A stretch of DNA of 64,000 bases, from assembly GCA_038087875.1 (NCBI GenBank), contig JAXLNO010004250.1, positions 62,001 to 126,000 on the forward strand, in the 5' to 3' direction. The position numbers and the translations under genes are program-made. The notes below the pieces were generated by a model. The model was not told the origin of the DNA and did not search any database. It saw only the letters and a list, made by a program, of their open reading frames with translations. The stretch comes from Malacoraja senta. Lineage: Eukaryota. Positions 38,768-50,617 of the stretch are shown here, piece after piece (positions within the stretch are counted from its first letter, which is position 1; each line of letters starts with the position of its first letter).

Positions 38768-39291
38768 CCTCTTCCTTGGGTTTAACACTATCCTTAATTT
38801 CCCTTGTTAGCTACGGTTGAGCCGCCTTCCCTGTTTTATTTTTCGCCAGACAGGGATGAACATTTGTTGTAATTCATCCATGCGATCCTTAAATCTTTGC
38901 CACTGCATCTCCACTGTCAACCCTATAAGTATCATTTGCCTGTCTATCGACACAAACACATTTGCACTTTAGACTGTTTTGACTGTTCTTTTTATAAATC
39001 ATGTTTCTCGGGGTATCTAAATCTAAATTTTATTAGTTGTTTAAGTTATCACATCGGATGGAAGCTGCATACCAAATCTCGTTGCACATATGTGCAATGA
39101 CAATAAAAGATATTATTATTATTATTATCCCAGCCAATTCCCGTCTCCTGCCACCAAAGTCTCTTTCTTGAAGCTCAGGACCCCAGTCTCTGAATTAACC
39201 TGTCACGCTCCATACTAATGCAGAATTCCACCATATTATGGTCACTGTTGCCCAAGGGGCTTTGCACAATAAGATCACTAACTAATCCTTC

Positions 39292-39704
39292 AGGGCCTGT
39301 CCCACTCACATGCGACTGCATGTGTTTGGCGCGACCAAACGGTAGCGGAGTTCGCGCGTGAGGTAACTTGCGTCATACTTACAAATCAGCTGGGCAGGAG
39401 GCGGGCCGATTGAATTTGGGCGTTGCACGGTGACGTCATCACGCAACGCCACGCCGGGCGGTGACGTCATCGCGCAACGCCACGCGCTAGGCGTACGCCC
39501 TCAATGCACCTGCGGGCCGACAGGCTGTTGGCGCGCGAAATTTTCGGACAGTGCGGGATTTTCGGAGCCCCGCGCGATGTCGGGACCAGACCCACACAAC
39601 CCCGTACGCCTCCGCGCTTCGAAGTGGGACCGGCCCCTCGCGGCCCGTACGCCTCAAGCGACCACGTTTGGTCGCGCCAGTCGCATGCAAGTGGGACAGG
39701 CCCT
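39292..39704. mobile_element. MITE with 27-bp TIRs (PIF/Harbinger-like by TIR start)
   Basis: Left agggcctgtcccactcacatgcgactg versus right cagtcgcatgcaagtgggacaggccct (2 mismatches). No clean TSD. Confidence 0.75.
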
Positions 39705-40091
39705 TTCCTCATTACACAATACCCAGTTTAGGATGGCCTGCCCTCTAGAGGGTTCCTCAAAATTTGGCTTAGAAAATCATCCTGTATACACTCCGTGAAA
39801 TCCTCCTCCTCATGTTGTTAGCAATTTAGTTGGCCCAAAATATATATAGATTAAAGTCGCGCATGATAAGTGATGTACTGCTTGTTCCTCTGCTACTCAT
39901 TCATATGTTATCCTAAATTGTAAGAATTCCCCATGGTTTGGAAATCCTTTTTAATCTATGACCTCTGTTAAAAACGTGCTTCTTTTTAAAATATAACTGT
40001 GTTTATTCTGTGTCGTTCGCTGGAAGTAACCGCTCCTTGGTTGGGATTATTGACAGCTAACCCCCTTCAGCAGTGACTTGAGTAGTGAAGT

Positions 40092-40208
40092 GTTTAAGAA
40101 AGAACTGCAGATGCTCGAAAAATCGGTGGACAAAAATGCTGGAGAAACTCAGCGGGTGAAGCAGTTGCTGCCTCACTCGCTGAGTTTCTCCAGCATGTCT
40201 GTCTCCCT
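40092..40208. mobile_element. Short Penelope-like insertion with an internal inversion and 14-bp TSD
   Basis: ttgagtagtgaagt at 40078-40091 and 40209-40222. Hairpin gctggagaaactcagcgggtgaagcag / ctgcctcactcgctgagtttctccagc. Confidence 0.75.
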
Positions 40209-40510
40209 TTGAGTAGTGAAGTAAGTTAGTCTTTGAAATTGAGGTTGGTACAGTATAATCCCCTTATCGTGAGAGTACTTGTAGATACTTATAGTAGATA
40301 AGACAGTCTTGATTTAAATTAAGGCTCTCGGACGGGTAATCTCAATATCATCACACGCAGACTCACACACACCCTCACTCGCACACCACGCATGCACTCA
40401 GACGCTCACGCACATGCCCGCACGCAAAGGCATACACACGCACATGCGAACACACACACGCACACATTCACACGCACACGCACGCACACACACGTAAACT
40501 AAGATCTTAC

Positions 40511-40537
40511 CTTGGTGGCTACATATCCTTTTCCACT
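40511..40537 (-). CDS. 27-nt micro-exon of the BTN-like gene ((E)WKRICSHQ)
   Basis: ttgtttgtttctgttttcag|AGTGGAAAAGGATATGTAGCCACCAAG|gtaaga. Phase 1-1, in frame with the B30.2 exon. Confidence 0.82.
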
Positions 40538-40729
40538 CTGAAAACAGAAACAAACAAGACTGATATGAAGAAAACTCTCTGGAATGTAATCTGATTAATT
40601 TCATAGCAAGAAGCTCCTGATGGACCCACTGCAGTTTCACAACATGCTGTCCATAGGTGATAATGTTGCTGCAAGTGACTGAGGTTGCATCTGTCTGCGC
40701 ATGTGTGTGTACTGCACACGTTTGACATG

Positions 40730-41123
40730 GTTATTCTCTCTCTCCCTCTTCCTGTCTGTCTCTGTCTGTCTTCCCACCAACCCTCTCTTTCTCACTCTTC
40801 CCTCTCTCTCTCTCTCTACTCCCTCTCCCACCCTCTCTCTCTCTCTCTTCCTGTGTCTCTGTCTCTGTCTATGTCTCTCTTCCCACCAACCCTCTCTTTC
40901 TCACTATTCCCTCTCTCTCTCTTTCCCACCCTCTCTCTCTCTCTCTTCCTGTCTGTCTCTGTCTCTGTCTCTCTTCCCACCAACCCTCTCTTTCTCAATC
41001 TTCCCTCTCCTTTTCTCCCTCTCCCACCCTCTCTCTCTCTTCCCACCAACCCTCTCTCTTTCTCAATCTTCCCTCTCCCTCTCTCTCCTTTTCTCCCTCT
41101 CCCACCCTCTCTCTCTCCTTCTC

Positions 41124-41159
<36 letters not shown>

Positions 41160-41160
41160 G
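40730..41160. repeat. CT-rich microsatellite/minisatellite
   Basis: (ct)n with recurring ttcccaccaaccctctct. Confidence 0.95.
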
Positions 41161-41793
41161 AATTTCAGTGTGGCGTTCGACAAGGTTCCGCATGGTAGGC
41201 CGCTCTGGAAAGTTAGATCGTACGGGATCCAATGAGAAATAGCCGAGTGGATAGAAAATTGGCTCCATGGATAAAAGCAGAGGGTGATGGTGGAAGGTTG
41301 CTTCTCGGACTGGAGGCCTGTTACTAATGGTGTGCTTCAGGGTTCGGTGCTGGGCCCGTTACTGTTTGTCATCTACATCAATGATTTGGATCAGAAGATA
41401 CATGGCAAAAATAGCTGATGATACAAAAGTGGATGGTTTTGCAGATAGTGAAGATGGATGCGAAAATTTGCAGCAGGATATGGATTGATTGGCCAAGTGG
41501 GCTGAGGATTGGTGGATGTAATTTAATACAGAGAAATCTGAGGTGTTGCATTTTGGGTAGTCTAACATGGGCAGGACATACACAGTGAATGGTAGTGCTC
41601 TGGTGAGTGTTGTGTTGAATCTCCTCAGTCTCCTAAGCAAGTAGAGACATTGGGTGTCATCTTGGCTGTTGCTTCATTGTACTTGGTCCACAACAGATCA
41701 CTTGGAATATTAACACCGGGATACATGAGGCTCTCACCCACTTCTACTTCGGCACCATTGATGCTGATTGGGGCTTGTACACCATCGGCATTC

Positions 41794-44700
41794 ATAGAAA
41801 CATAGAAAATAGGTGCAGGAGTAGGCCATTCGGCCCTTCGAGCCTGCACCGCCATTCAATATGATCATGGCTGATCATCCAACTCAGTATCCTGTACCTG
41901 CTTTCTCTCCATACCCCCTGATCCCTTTAGCCACAAGGGCCACATCTAACTCCCTCTTAAATATAGCCAATGAACTGGCCTCAACTACCTTCTGCGGCAG
42001 AAAATTCCAGAGATTCACCACTCTCTGTTTGAAAAATGTTTTCCGCATCTCGGTCCTAAAAGATTTCCCCCTTATCCTTAAACTGTGACCCCTTGTTCTG
42101 GACTTCCCCAACATCGGGAACAATCTTCCTGCATCTAGCCTGTCCAACCCCTTAAGAATTTTGTACGTTTCTATAAGATGCCCCCTCAATCTTCTAAATT
42201 CTAGCGAGTACAAACCGAGTCTATCCAGTCTTTCTTCATATGAAAGTCCTGACATCCCAGGAATCAGTCTGGTGAACCTTCTCTGTACTCCCTCTATGGC
42301 AAGAATGTCTTTCCTCAGATTAGGAGACCAAAACTGTACGCAATACTCCAGGTGTGGTCTCACCAAGACCCTGTACAACTGCAGTAGAACCTCCCTGCTC
42401 CTATACTCAAATCCTTTTGCTATGAATGCTAACATACCATTCGCCTTCTTCACTGCCTGCTGCACCTGCATGCCTACTTTTAATGACTGGTGTACCATGA
42501 CACCCAGGTCTCGTTGCATCTCCCCTTTTCCTAATCGGCCACCATTCAGATAATAGTCTACTTTCCTGTTTTTGCCACCAAAGTGGATAACCTCACATTT
42601 ATCCACATTATACTGCATCTGCCATGCATTTGCCCACTCACCCAGCCTATCCAAGTCACCTTGCAGCCTCCGAGCATCCTCCTCACAGCTAACACTGCCC
42701 CCCAGCTTCGTGTCATCCGCAAACTTGGAGATGTTGCATTCAATTCCCTCGTCCAAATCATTAATATATATCGTAAATAGCTGGGGTCCCAGCACTGAGC
42801 CTTGCGGTACTCCACTAGTCACTGCCTGCCATTGTGAAAAGGACCCATTTACTCCTACTCTTTGCTTCCCGTCTGCCAGCCAGTTATCTATCCACATCAT
42901 TACTGAACCCCCAATACCGTGTGCTTTAAGTATGTATACCAATCTCTTATGTGGAACCTTGTCGAAAGCCTTCTGAAAGTCCAGATATAACATATCCACT
43001 GGTTCTCCCTTATCCACTCTACTAGTTACATCCTCGAAAAATTCTATAAGATTCGTCAGACATGATTTACCTTTCATAAATCCATGCTGACTTTGTCCAA
43101 TGATTTCACCACTTTCCAAATGTGCTGCTATCCCATCTTTAATAACTGATTCTAGCAGTTTCCCCACTACCGACGTTAGACTAACTGGTCTGTAATTCCC
43201 CGTTTTCTCTCTCCCTCACTTTTTAAAAAGTGGGGTTACATTAGCTACCCTCCAATCCTCAGGAACTACTCCAGAATCTAAAGAGTTTTGAAAAATTATC
43301 ACTAATGCTTCCACTATTTCTGGGGCTACTTCCTTAAGTACTCTGGGATGCAGCCTATCTGGCCCTGGGGATTTATCGGCCTTTAATCCATTCAATTTGC
43401 CTAACACCACTTCCCGGCTAACCTGGATTTCACTCAGTTCCTCCATCTCATTTGACCCCCGGTCCCCTGCTATTTCCGGCAGATTATTTATGTCTTCCTT
43501 AGTGAAGACAGAACCAAAGTAGTTATTCAATTGGTCTGCCATGTCCTTGTTCCCCATGATCAATCCACCTGTTTCTGACTGCAAGGGACCTACATTTGTT
43601 TTAACTAATCTTTTTCTCTTCACATATCTATAAAAGCTTTTGCAGACAGTTTTTATGTTCCCTGCCAGTTTTCTTTCATAATCTATTTCCCCTTTCCTAA
43701 TTAAGCCCTTTGTCCTCCTCTGCTGGACTCTGAATTTCTCCCAGTCCTCTGGTAGGCTGCTTTTTTCTGGCTAATTTGTACGCTTCATCTTTTGTTTTGA
43801 TACAATTCCTGATTTCCCTTGTTATCCATGGATGCACTACCTTCCCTGATTTATTTTTTTGCCAAACTGGGATGAACAATTGTTGTAGTTCATCCATGCA
43901 GTCTTTAAATGCCTTCCATTGCATATCTACCGGCAACCCATTAAGAATCAATTGCCAGTCTATCTTGGCCAATTCACTTCTCATACCCTCAAAGTTACCT
44001 TTCTTTAAGTTCAGGACCCTTGTTTCTGAATTAACAATGTCACTCTCCATCCTAATGAAGAACTCAACCATATTATGGTCACTCTTGCCCAAGGGGCCAC
44101 GCACAACAAGACTGCTAACTAACCCTTCCTCATTACTCAATACCCAATCTAGAATAGCCTGCTCTCGTTGCTTCCTCTACATGTTGGTTTAGAAAACTAT
44201 CCCGCATACATTCCAAGAAATCCTCTTCCTCAGCACGCTTGCCAATTTGATTCACCCAATATATATGTAGATTGAAGTCACCCATTATAACTGTTTTAGC
44301 TTTGTTGCACGCATTTCTAATTTCCTGTTTGATGCCATCCCCAACTCCACTACTACTGTTAGGTGGCCTGTACACAACTCCCACTAGCGTTTTCTGCCCC
44401 TTAGTGTTTCGCAGCTCTACCCATATCGATTCCACATCCTCCAAGCTAATGTCCTTCCTTTCTATTGCGTTAATCTGCTCTCTAACCAGCAACGCTACCC
44501 CACCTCCTTTCCCTTTCTGTCTATCCTGAATATTGAATATCCCTGGATGTTCAGCTCCCAGCCTTGGTTACCCTGGAGCCATGTCTCCGTGATCCCAACT
44601 ATATCATAGTCATTAATAGCTATCTGCACATTCAACTCATCCACCTTATTACGAATGCTCCTTGCATTGAGACACAAAGCCTTCAGGCTTGTTTTTACAA

Positions 44701-46165
44701 CACTCTAACCCCTTATACAATTATGTTGAAAAGTGGCCCTTTTTGATTTTTGCCCTGGATTTGTCTGCCTGCCACTTTTACTTTTCACCTTGCTACCTAT
44801 TGCTTCTACCCTCATTTTACACCCCGCTGTCTCTACGCTCACACATTTAAGAAACCCTTTCCCTTTAACTCCATCCTCAACTATCCCATTCGACACCCCA
44901 CCCCCCTTATTCAGTTTAAAACCACCCGTGTAGCAGTGGAAAACCTGCCTGCCAGAATGCTGGTCCCCCACCTGTTAAGATGCAATCCGTCCCTTTTGTA
45001 CAGTTCCCTTTTACTCCAAGTGATCTAAGAATCTAAATCCCTGTCCCGTGCACCAGTTCCTCAGCCACACATTCAGGTCCCGTATCTCCCTGTGCCTGCT
45101 CTCGCCAGCACGAGGAACTGGAAGCAAACCGGAGATAACAACCCTAGAGGTCCTGCTTTTCAGCATTTTTCCGAGCTCTCTAAAGTCACGCTGCAGAATA
45201 TTCATCCCCTTCTTTCCGACATCGTTTGTGCCGACATGCACTACCACTTCCGGCTGTTCACCTTCGCCCTTGAGGATTTTCTGCACTCTGTCCGTGACAT
45301 CCTGGATCCTGGCACCAGGAAGGCAGCACACCATCCTCGAATCCCATCTGTTGCCGCAGAAACCCCTGTCCGTACCTCTCACAATGGAGTCTCCCACTAC
45401 AATGGCATTGCCTGACTTTGGCCTTTTTGGTTTTGGCTCAACAGCCCTATTCGCATTGCAAGCCAGTCTGCCGCTCAGTGTTAAAACGTCTTCTGTCCCA
45501 ACAGATTCTAAGTGGGTGAACCTGTTCACAAGAGGTAGAACACCCGGGGACGTTTGCATTCCATGCTTCCCTCCCTTTCTCACTGTCTCCCACCTTCTCT
45601 CTTCCAGTACCTTAGGTGTAACAATCTTACTGTAGGACTTGTCGAGGAACCACTCCGTTTCTCGGACAATCCTGAGGTCATCCACTTGCTTCTCCAGTTC
45701 CCCAACACGGTCCTTCAGGAGCTGTACCTGGATGCACTTGTCACATTTGTAGCAGCCAGAGGCACCAGCAGTGTCCTTGACCTCCCACATACTGCAAGCA
45801 TCACACTGAATCAGCTTGCCTGACATCTCCTTCTTTCGTCTCTCCCTCTGCAGTGTTTTGAGTAGCCTCTTCTCCTCGCCAAAGACTCACACTTTTCTCA
45901 CAGGGCACTTCCGTCATAAGGCCACTCCCTCACTGCCACTCCCTAAGAGCAGTCTTGCTTATATTAACTGATAAATTGCCTAATTTACAATCCAAATTCC
46001 TCAATTTACAACTGTTTTCCCCGCTTTGAGTCACTTCTCTCCTCCCTCTTGAGCTAAAGGCAATCAGTGTTTTCTCTTGCTAATCTTCTCCTGCTGTTGC
46101 TTCCAAATCTACAGCAGCTCTGAGTAAAGTCTGCCTGTGCTTTGCCTCTCCTTTTCAACTTCCTG
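41794..46165 (-). mobile_element. CR1 family A, near full length (5' UTR, ORF1 zinc-finger-like plus SGNH esterase, ORF2 APE-RT broken by frameshifts)
   Basis: ORF 45011-45826 (CDACSMW...CDKC; IVVGDSIVRG; VVVHVGTND). ORF2 pieces 44495-44677 through 41884-43167. Tail catagaaacatag. Confidence 0.96.
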
Positions 46166-46184
46166 AAATTAACTCACAAATACG

Positions 46185-46345
46185 CACATCTTCGGGATGT
46201 GGGAGAAAACCGGAGCACCCGGAGGAAACCCGTCACATGGAGAATATATGCAAACTCTGCACAGACAGCATCCGAGGTCAGGATCGAACCCACGTCTCTG
46301 GCGCTGTGAGATATCAATTCTCCCAGCAGCACCACTGTGTCGCCA
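46185..46345 (-). mobile_element. tRNA-derived SINE fragment
   Basis: ggagaaaaccggagcacccggaggaaaccc...ggtcaggatcgaaccc. Confidence 0.75.
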
Positions 46346-46709
46346 TTCCTTCTCATTTGTGAATATCTATATTACTAAAACTAAGATCTTGACCGCTTTT
46401 GACTTACTGTTTTGTGATTTCCGAGAGAACGCCGCCACTTACGGCCGTCATTTTAGGCCACCTCGCTCAGAGCCCGCCTGGACCGGAGGATTCTTCCCAT
46501 CGATGAAAAATCAGAGAGATATTAATGTTTTAAAATGTTTTGCCATTCTCTCTGCTGCCCCCGCTGTCGGCAGGGGGGAGGAACTATAAAACCGGGAAGT
46601 GTCGCGCCTCAGTCAGTCTTTGCGAGATGGAGGAAGCGAGAGGGTCACGTCTCTCTGAGCTGTGAATAACACTGAACACATGTCTACTCAACTGTGAGTG
46701 CCCTTAATG

Positions 46710-46946
46710 TGGTTCCAAAATGCTTGCAAAAAGTGTCTATTGGTTCTAAAATACTTGCAAAAAGTGTCTATTGGTTCCAAACTGCTTGCAAAACGTGTCT
46801 ATTCGTTCTAAGATGCTTGCAGAGTGTCTATTGGTTCTAAAATGGTTGCAAAAAGTATCTATTGGTTCTAAAGTGCTTGCAAAAAGTGTCTATTGGTTCT
46901 AAAATGCTTGCAAAAAGTGTCTCTATTGGTTCTAAATTGCTTGCAA
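46710..46946 (+). repeat. 31-bp tandem repeat (about 7.5 units)
   Basis: Unit tggttctaaaatgcttgcaaaaagtgtctat. Confidence 0.95.
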
Positions 46947-47084
46947 CAGTTTTCGGAAGGAATAATCGTGAATAAAAGTTTTATTCAATCAGGACTGTTT
47001 AATGCAAAATTGCCGCTCATTCCGTGACTTCCGCTTAGTGGAAAGGTGGCGCTGAGTGCGTCATTTCCACTCAGTGGAGAGGTG

Positions 47085-48600
47085 GTGCTGTGGCTTTTGA
47101 AATGAATGTGGCTTTTGAGGTGTGGCTGTTGAAATAAACGTGGCTATTGAAATAAACGTGGCTGTTGAAATAAACGTGGCTTTTGAAATAAACGTGGCTT
47201 TTGAAAGAAATGTGGCTTTTGAAAGAAATGTGGCTTTTGAGGTGTGGCTTTTGAAATAAATGTGGCTTTTGAAGTAAATGTGGCTTGAAATAAATGTAGC
47301 TTTTGAAATAAATGACTGGCTTTTGAAATGAATGGCTTATGAAATGAATGTGGCTTTTGGACTGAATGTGGCTTTTGGACTGAATGTGGCTTTTGAAATA
47401 AATGTAGCTTTTGAAATAAATGTGGCTTTTGAAATGTGGCTTTTGAAATAAATGTGGCTTTTGAAATAAATGAATGGCTTTTGAAATGAATGGCTTTTGA
47501 AATAAATGTGGCTTTTGGACTGAATGTGGCTTTTGAAATAAATGTGGCTTTTGAAATAAATGTGGCTTTTGAAATAAATGTGGCTTTTGAAATGTGGCTT
47601 TCGAAATAAATGTGGCTTTTGAGGTGTGGCTGTTGAAATAAACGTGGCTGTTGATATAAACGTGGCTTTTGAAATAAACGTGGCTTTTGAGGTGTGGCTT
47701 TTGACATAAATGTGGCTTTTGACATAAATGTGGCTTTTGACATAAATGTGGCTTTTGAAAGAAATGTGGCTTTTGAGGTGTGGCTTTTGAAAGAAATGTG
47801 GCTTTTGAGGTGTGGCTTTTGAAATGAGGCTCTTGAAATAAATGTGGCTTTTGAGGTGTGGCTTTTGAAATAAATATGGCTTTGGAAATGTAGCTTTTGA
47901 AATGTGGCTTTTGAAATAAATGTGGCTTTTGAAATAAATGTAGCTTTTGAAATGTGGCTTTTGAAATAAATGTAGCTTTTGAAATGTGGCTTTTGAAATG
48001 CGGCTTTTGAAAGAAATGTGGCTTTTGAAATAAATGTGACTTTTGAGGTGCGGCTTTTGAGATAAATGTGGCTTTTGAAAGACATGTGGCGTTTGAAATA
48101 AATGTGGCGTTTGAAAGAAATGTGGCTTTTGAAATAAATGTGGCTTTCGAGGTTTTGCTTTTGAAATAAATGTGGCTTTTGAAATGTAGCTTTTGAAATG
48201 TGGCTTTTGAAAGAAATGTGGCTTTTGAAAAGTGTATTTTGAAATAAATGTAGCTTTTGAAACGTGGCTTTTGCAATAAATGTAGCTTTTGAAATGTGGC
48301 TTTTGAAATGAATGTGGCTTGTGAAATGTGGCTTTTGAAAGAAATGTGGCTTTTGAAATGAATGTGGCTTGTGAAATGAATGTGGCGTGAAATGAATGTG
48401 GGTTTTGAAATGTGTGTGGCTTTTGAAATAAACGTGGCTTTTGCAAGAAATGTGGCTTTTGAAATGTGGCTTTTGAAACAAATGTGGCTTTTGCAAGAAA
48501 AGTGGCTTTTGAAATAAATGTAGCTTTTGAAATGTGTCTTTTGAAATAAAGGTGGCTTTTGAAATGTGCCTTTTGCAACACCTGTGCCTTTTGCAACAGC
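47085..48600 (+). repeat. 18/14-bp minisatellite (about 1.5 kb)
   Basis: Units gaaataaatgtggctttt and gaaatgtggctttt. Bracketed by a diverged direct repeat (about 46955-47070 and 48608-48715). Confidence 0.96.
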
Positions 48601-48807
48601 TGTCCCTGGAAGGAATAAACGCTTTATTAGGTCCAACCGTGTTTACTGCAAAAGTCCCGCTCATTTCGTGATTTCCGCTTAGTGGATGGGTCACGCTGAT
48701 TGCGTCATTTCCGGTGAGTACAGAGGTCATGCAGAAGTGTTGCTGACTGCGGAAGGCCCAAAGTGGAGCCGTTTGAGTATTCAAAATTTTTTATTGCCAA
48801 ATATATG

Positions 48808-49268
48808 GTGAGTGTGTGTGTCTGTGTGTCTTTGTGTGTGTGAGTGTATGTGTGTGTCTGTGCATGTGTGTCTGTCTGTGCGTGTGTCTGTGCATGTGTC
48901 TGTCTGAGCGTGCACCTGTCTGTGCGTGCGTATGTGTGAGTGTCTGTGTGAGTGTCTGTGTATGTGTGTGTGTCTGTGTATGAGTGTGTGTATGTGTGAG
49001 TGTCTGTATGTGCGTGTGAGTGTTTGACTGTGTCTCCGTGTATGAGTGTGTCTGTGTGTCTGTATGTGTGTCTGTGAGTGTGTGTCTGTGTGAGTGTCTG
49101 AGTATGTGTGTGAGTGTCTGTGTGAGTGTGTGTACGTGAATGTGAGTGTGTTTCTTTGTGTTTGTGTGTATATCTGTGTGAGTGTGTCTTTGTGTGTGTG
49201 TCTGTCTGTCTGTATGTGTCTGTCTGCATGTGTGTGAGTGTCTTTGGGTGTGTGTGTCTGTGTGTGCA
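48808..49268 (+). repeat. (TG)n-rich compound microsatellite
   Basis: gtgtgtctgtgtgagt-type repeats. Confidence 0.95.
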
Positions 49269-49305
49269 CTCTTCTTGAAATGATGTGAAATTGGATTTGC
49301 TGGCC

Positions 49306-49507
49306 TGCACTTGGAGTGCTGTGAGGTCAGACTTTCTGCTTGCACTCTGCTTGGTGTGCTGTTAGGTTGGACTTGCTGCCTGCACTCTGCTTGGAGTGCT
49401 GTGAGGTTGGACTTGCTGCCTGCACTCTGCTTGGTGTACTGTGAGATTGGACTTGCGGCCTGCACTCTGCTTGGTGTGCTGTGAGGTTGGACATGCAGCC
49501 TGCACTC
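49306..49507 (+). repeat. 40-bp tandem repeat x5
   Basis: tgcactc recurs at 49341, 49381, 49421, 49461 and 49501. Confidence 0.95.
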
Positions 49508-49939
49508 CAGGTTGACTTTTGAGGTAAATTCTCATATTTTCTTTGTTAAAATTTGACTGCTTAATCTCTCTATATTAAAATTTATCTTTTTTTATATCAA
49601 CACCAAAGTGTTATCAAGAGGCAATGAGCAGCAGAACACAGCAAGAGACACAACAAGAAAGAACTTAATAAATCTCATCTTTAACATTTAAATTGTTGTT
49701 ATATTTTAATTCATTCACATTTTAAACTTTAATAAATCCTTTTTCCACTTACCATGCCTGCGTGTTCTTCATCACAATTGTAACCTAATAGGCAGGAATG
49801 GTTGCGCTGTCGGAGAGCCACTAGGAGTGCATGGGGGAGGGGGGGAAGGTTGAGGGGCGATGGACTGAATGTGTGTGGGGGAGGGGAATGGCATGGAGTA
49901 GAGGGGGGGGGGTGAAGCGAGGAGGGGTGACTGAGTGAA

Positions 49940-50090
49940 CTGCCACCACCAGCCGTGAGTGACTGGGCTGCCAGCCCACCAGCCATGAGTAAGTGAACTG
50001 CCAGCCCAACAGCTGTAAGTGACTGAAGTGTCAGCCCACCAGCCATGACTTAGTGAACTGCCAGCCCACCAGCCATGACTCACTGAACTG
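49940..50090 (+). repeat. 30-bp tandem repeat x5
   Basis: Unit gccagcccaccagccatgagtaagtgaact. Confidence 0.9.
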
Positions 50091-50164
50091 CAAGTCCAAA
50101 AATCCATTTAGTCCACAATGTCCATACTAGCCCTCTGGAAACCAGTCCCTTCAGCGCACAACAG

Positions 50165-50357
50165 CCTGAGTGACTGAGCTGCCTGGCCTGAGTGAATGAG
50201 CTGCCTGGCCTGAGTGACTGAGCTGCCTGGCTTGAGTGACTGAGCTGCCTGGCCTGAGTGACTGAGCAGCCTGGCCTGAGTGACTGAGCAGCCTGGCCTG
50301 AGTGACTGAGCAGCCTGGCCTGAGTGACTGAGCAGCCTGGCCTGAGTGACTGAGCTG
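50165..50357 (+). repeat. 22-bp tandem repeat (about 9 units)
   Basis: Unit cctgagtgactgagcagcctgg. Flanked by a duplicated ccacaatgtccatactagccctctg segment (about 50113 and 50379). Confidence 0.95.
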
Positions 50358-50584
50358 CCAGCCCAAGAATCCATTCGGCCCACAATGTCCATACTAGCCC
50401 TCTGAAAACCAGTCCCTTTGACCCACAACACATACTAGTGCTCCAGAAAGCCCCCCCCCCCACACTGGCCAGCAATATTGGAATTGGTGGAGAGGTGGAA
50501 TATTGCTTTGGGGGACCAGCACTCCCGTGTGAAGCTGGGACCCAACGGGTCCCACTTAGTCTAGTTTCAATACTAAATTCTTAC

Positions 50585-50617
50585 CATGTTCTACGATGGA
50601 TTTGCGCCGTTCCAGCT
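50585..50617 (-). CDS. 33-nt micro-exon of the BTN-like gene ((E)LERRKSIVEH)
   Basis: ctggtttctccttccag|AGCTGGAACGGCGCAAATCCATCGTAGAACATG|gtaaga. Phase 1-1. Confidence 0.8.

Larger units (their letters stand above)
46366..50564 (+). mobile_element. Non-autonomous Helitron B (4.2 kb) carrying six different tandem arrays
   Basis: A|TCTATATTACTAAAA at 46366. Hairpin tgggaccc-aac-gggtccca at 50536-50554, then CTAG|T at 50561-50565. Empty site gaata|tttc. No RepHel ORF. Confidence 0.88.

Noticed and set aside
47071-49465. Minus-strand ORFs of 162-546 aa (QKPHLF, KATFIS, HTHT)
   Set aside because: Minisatellite and microsatellite translations.
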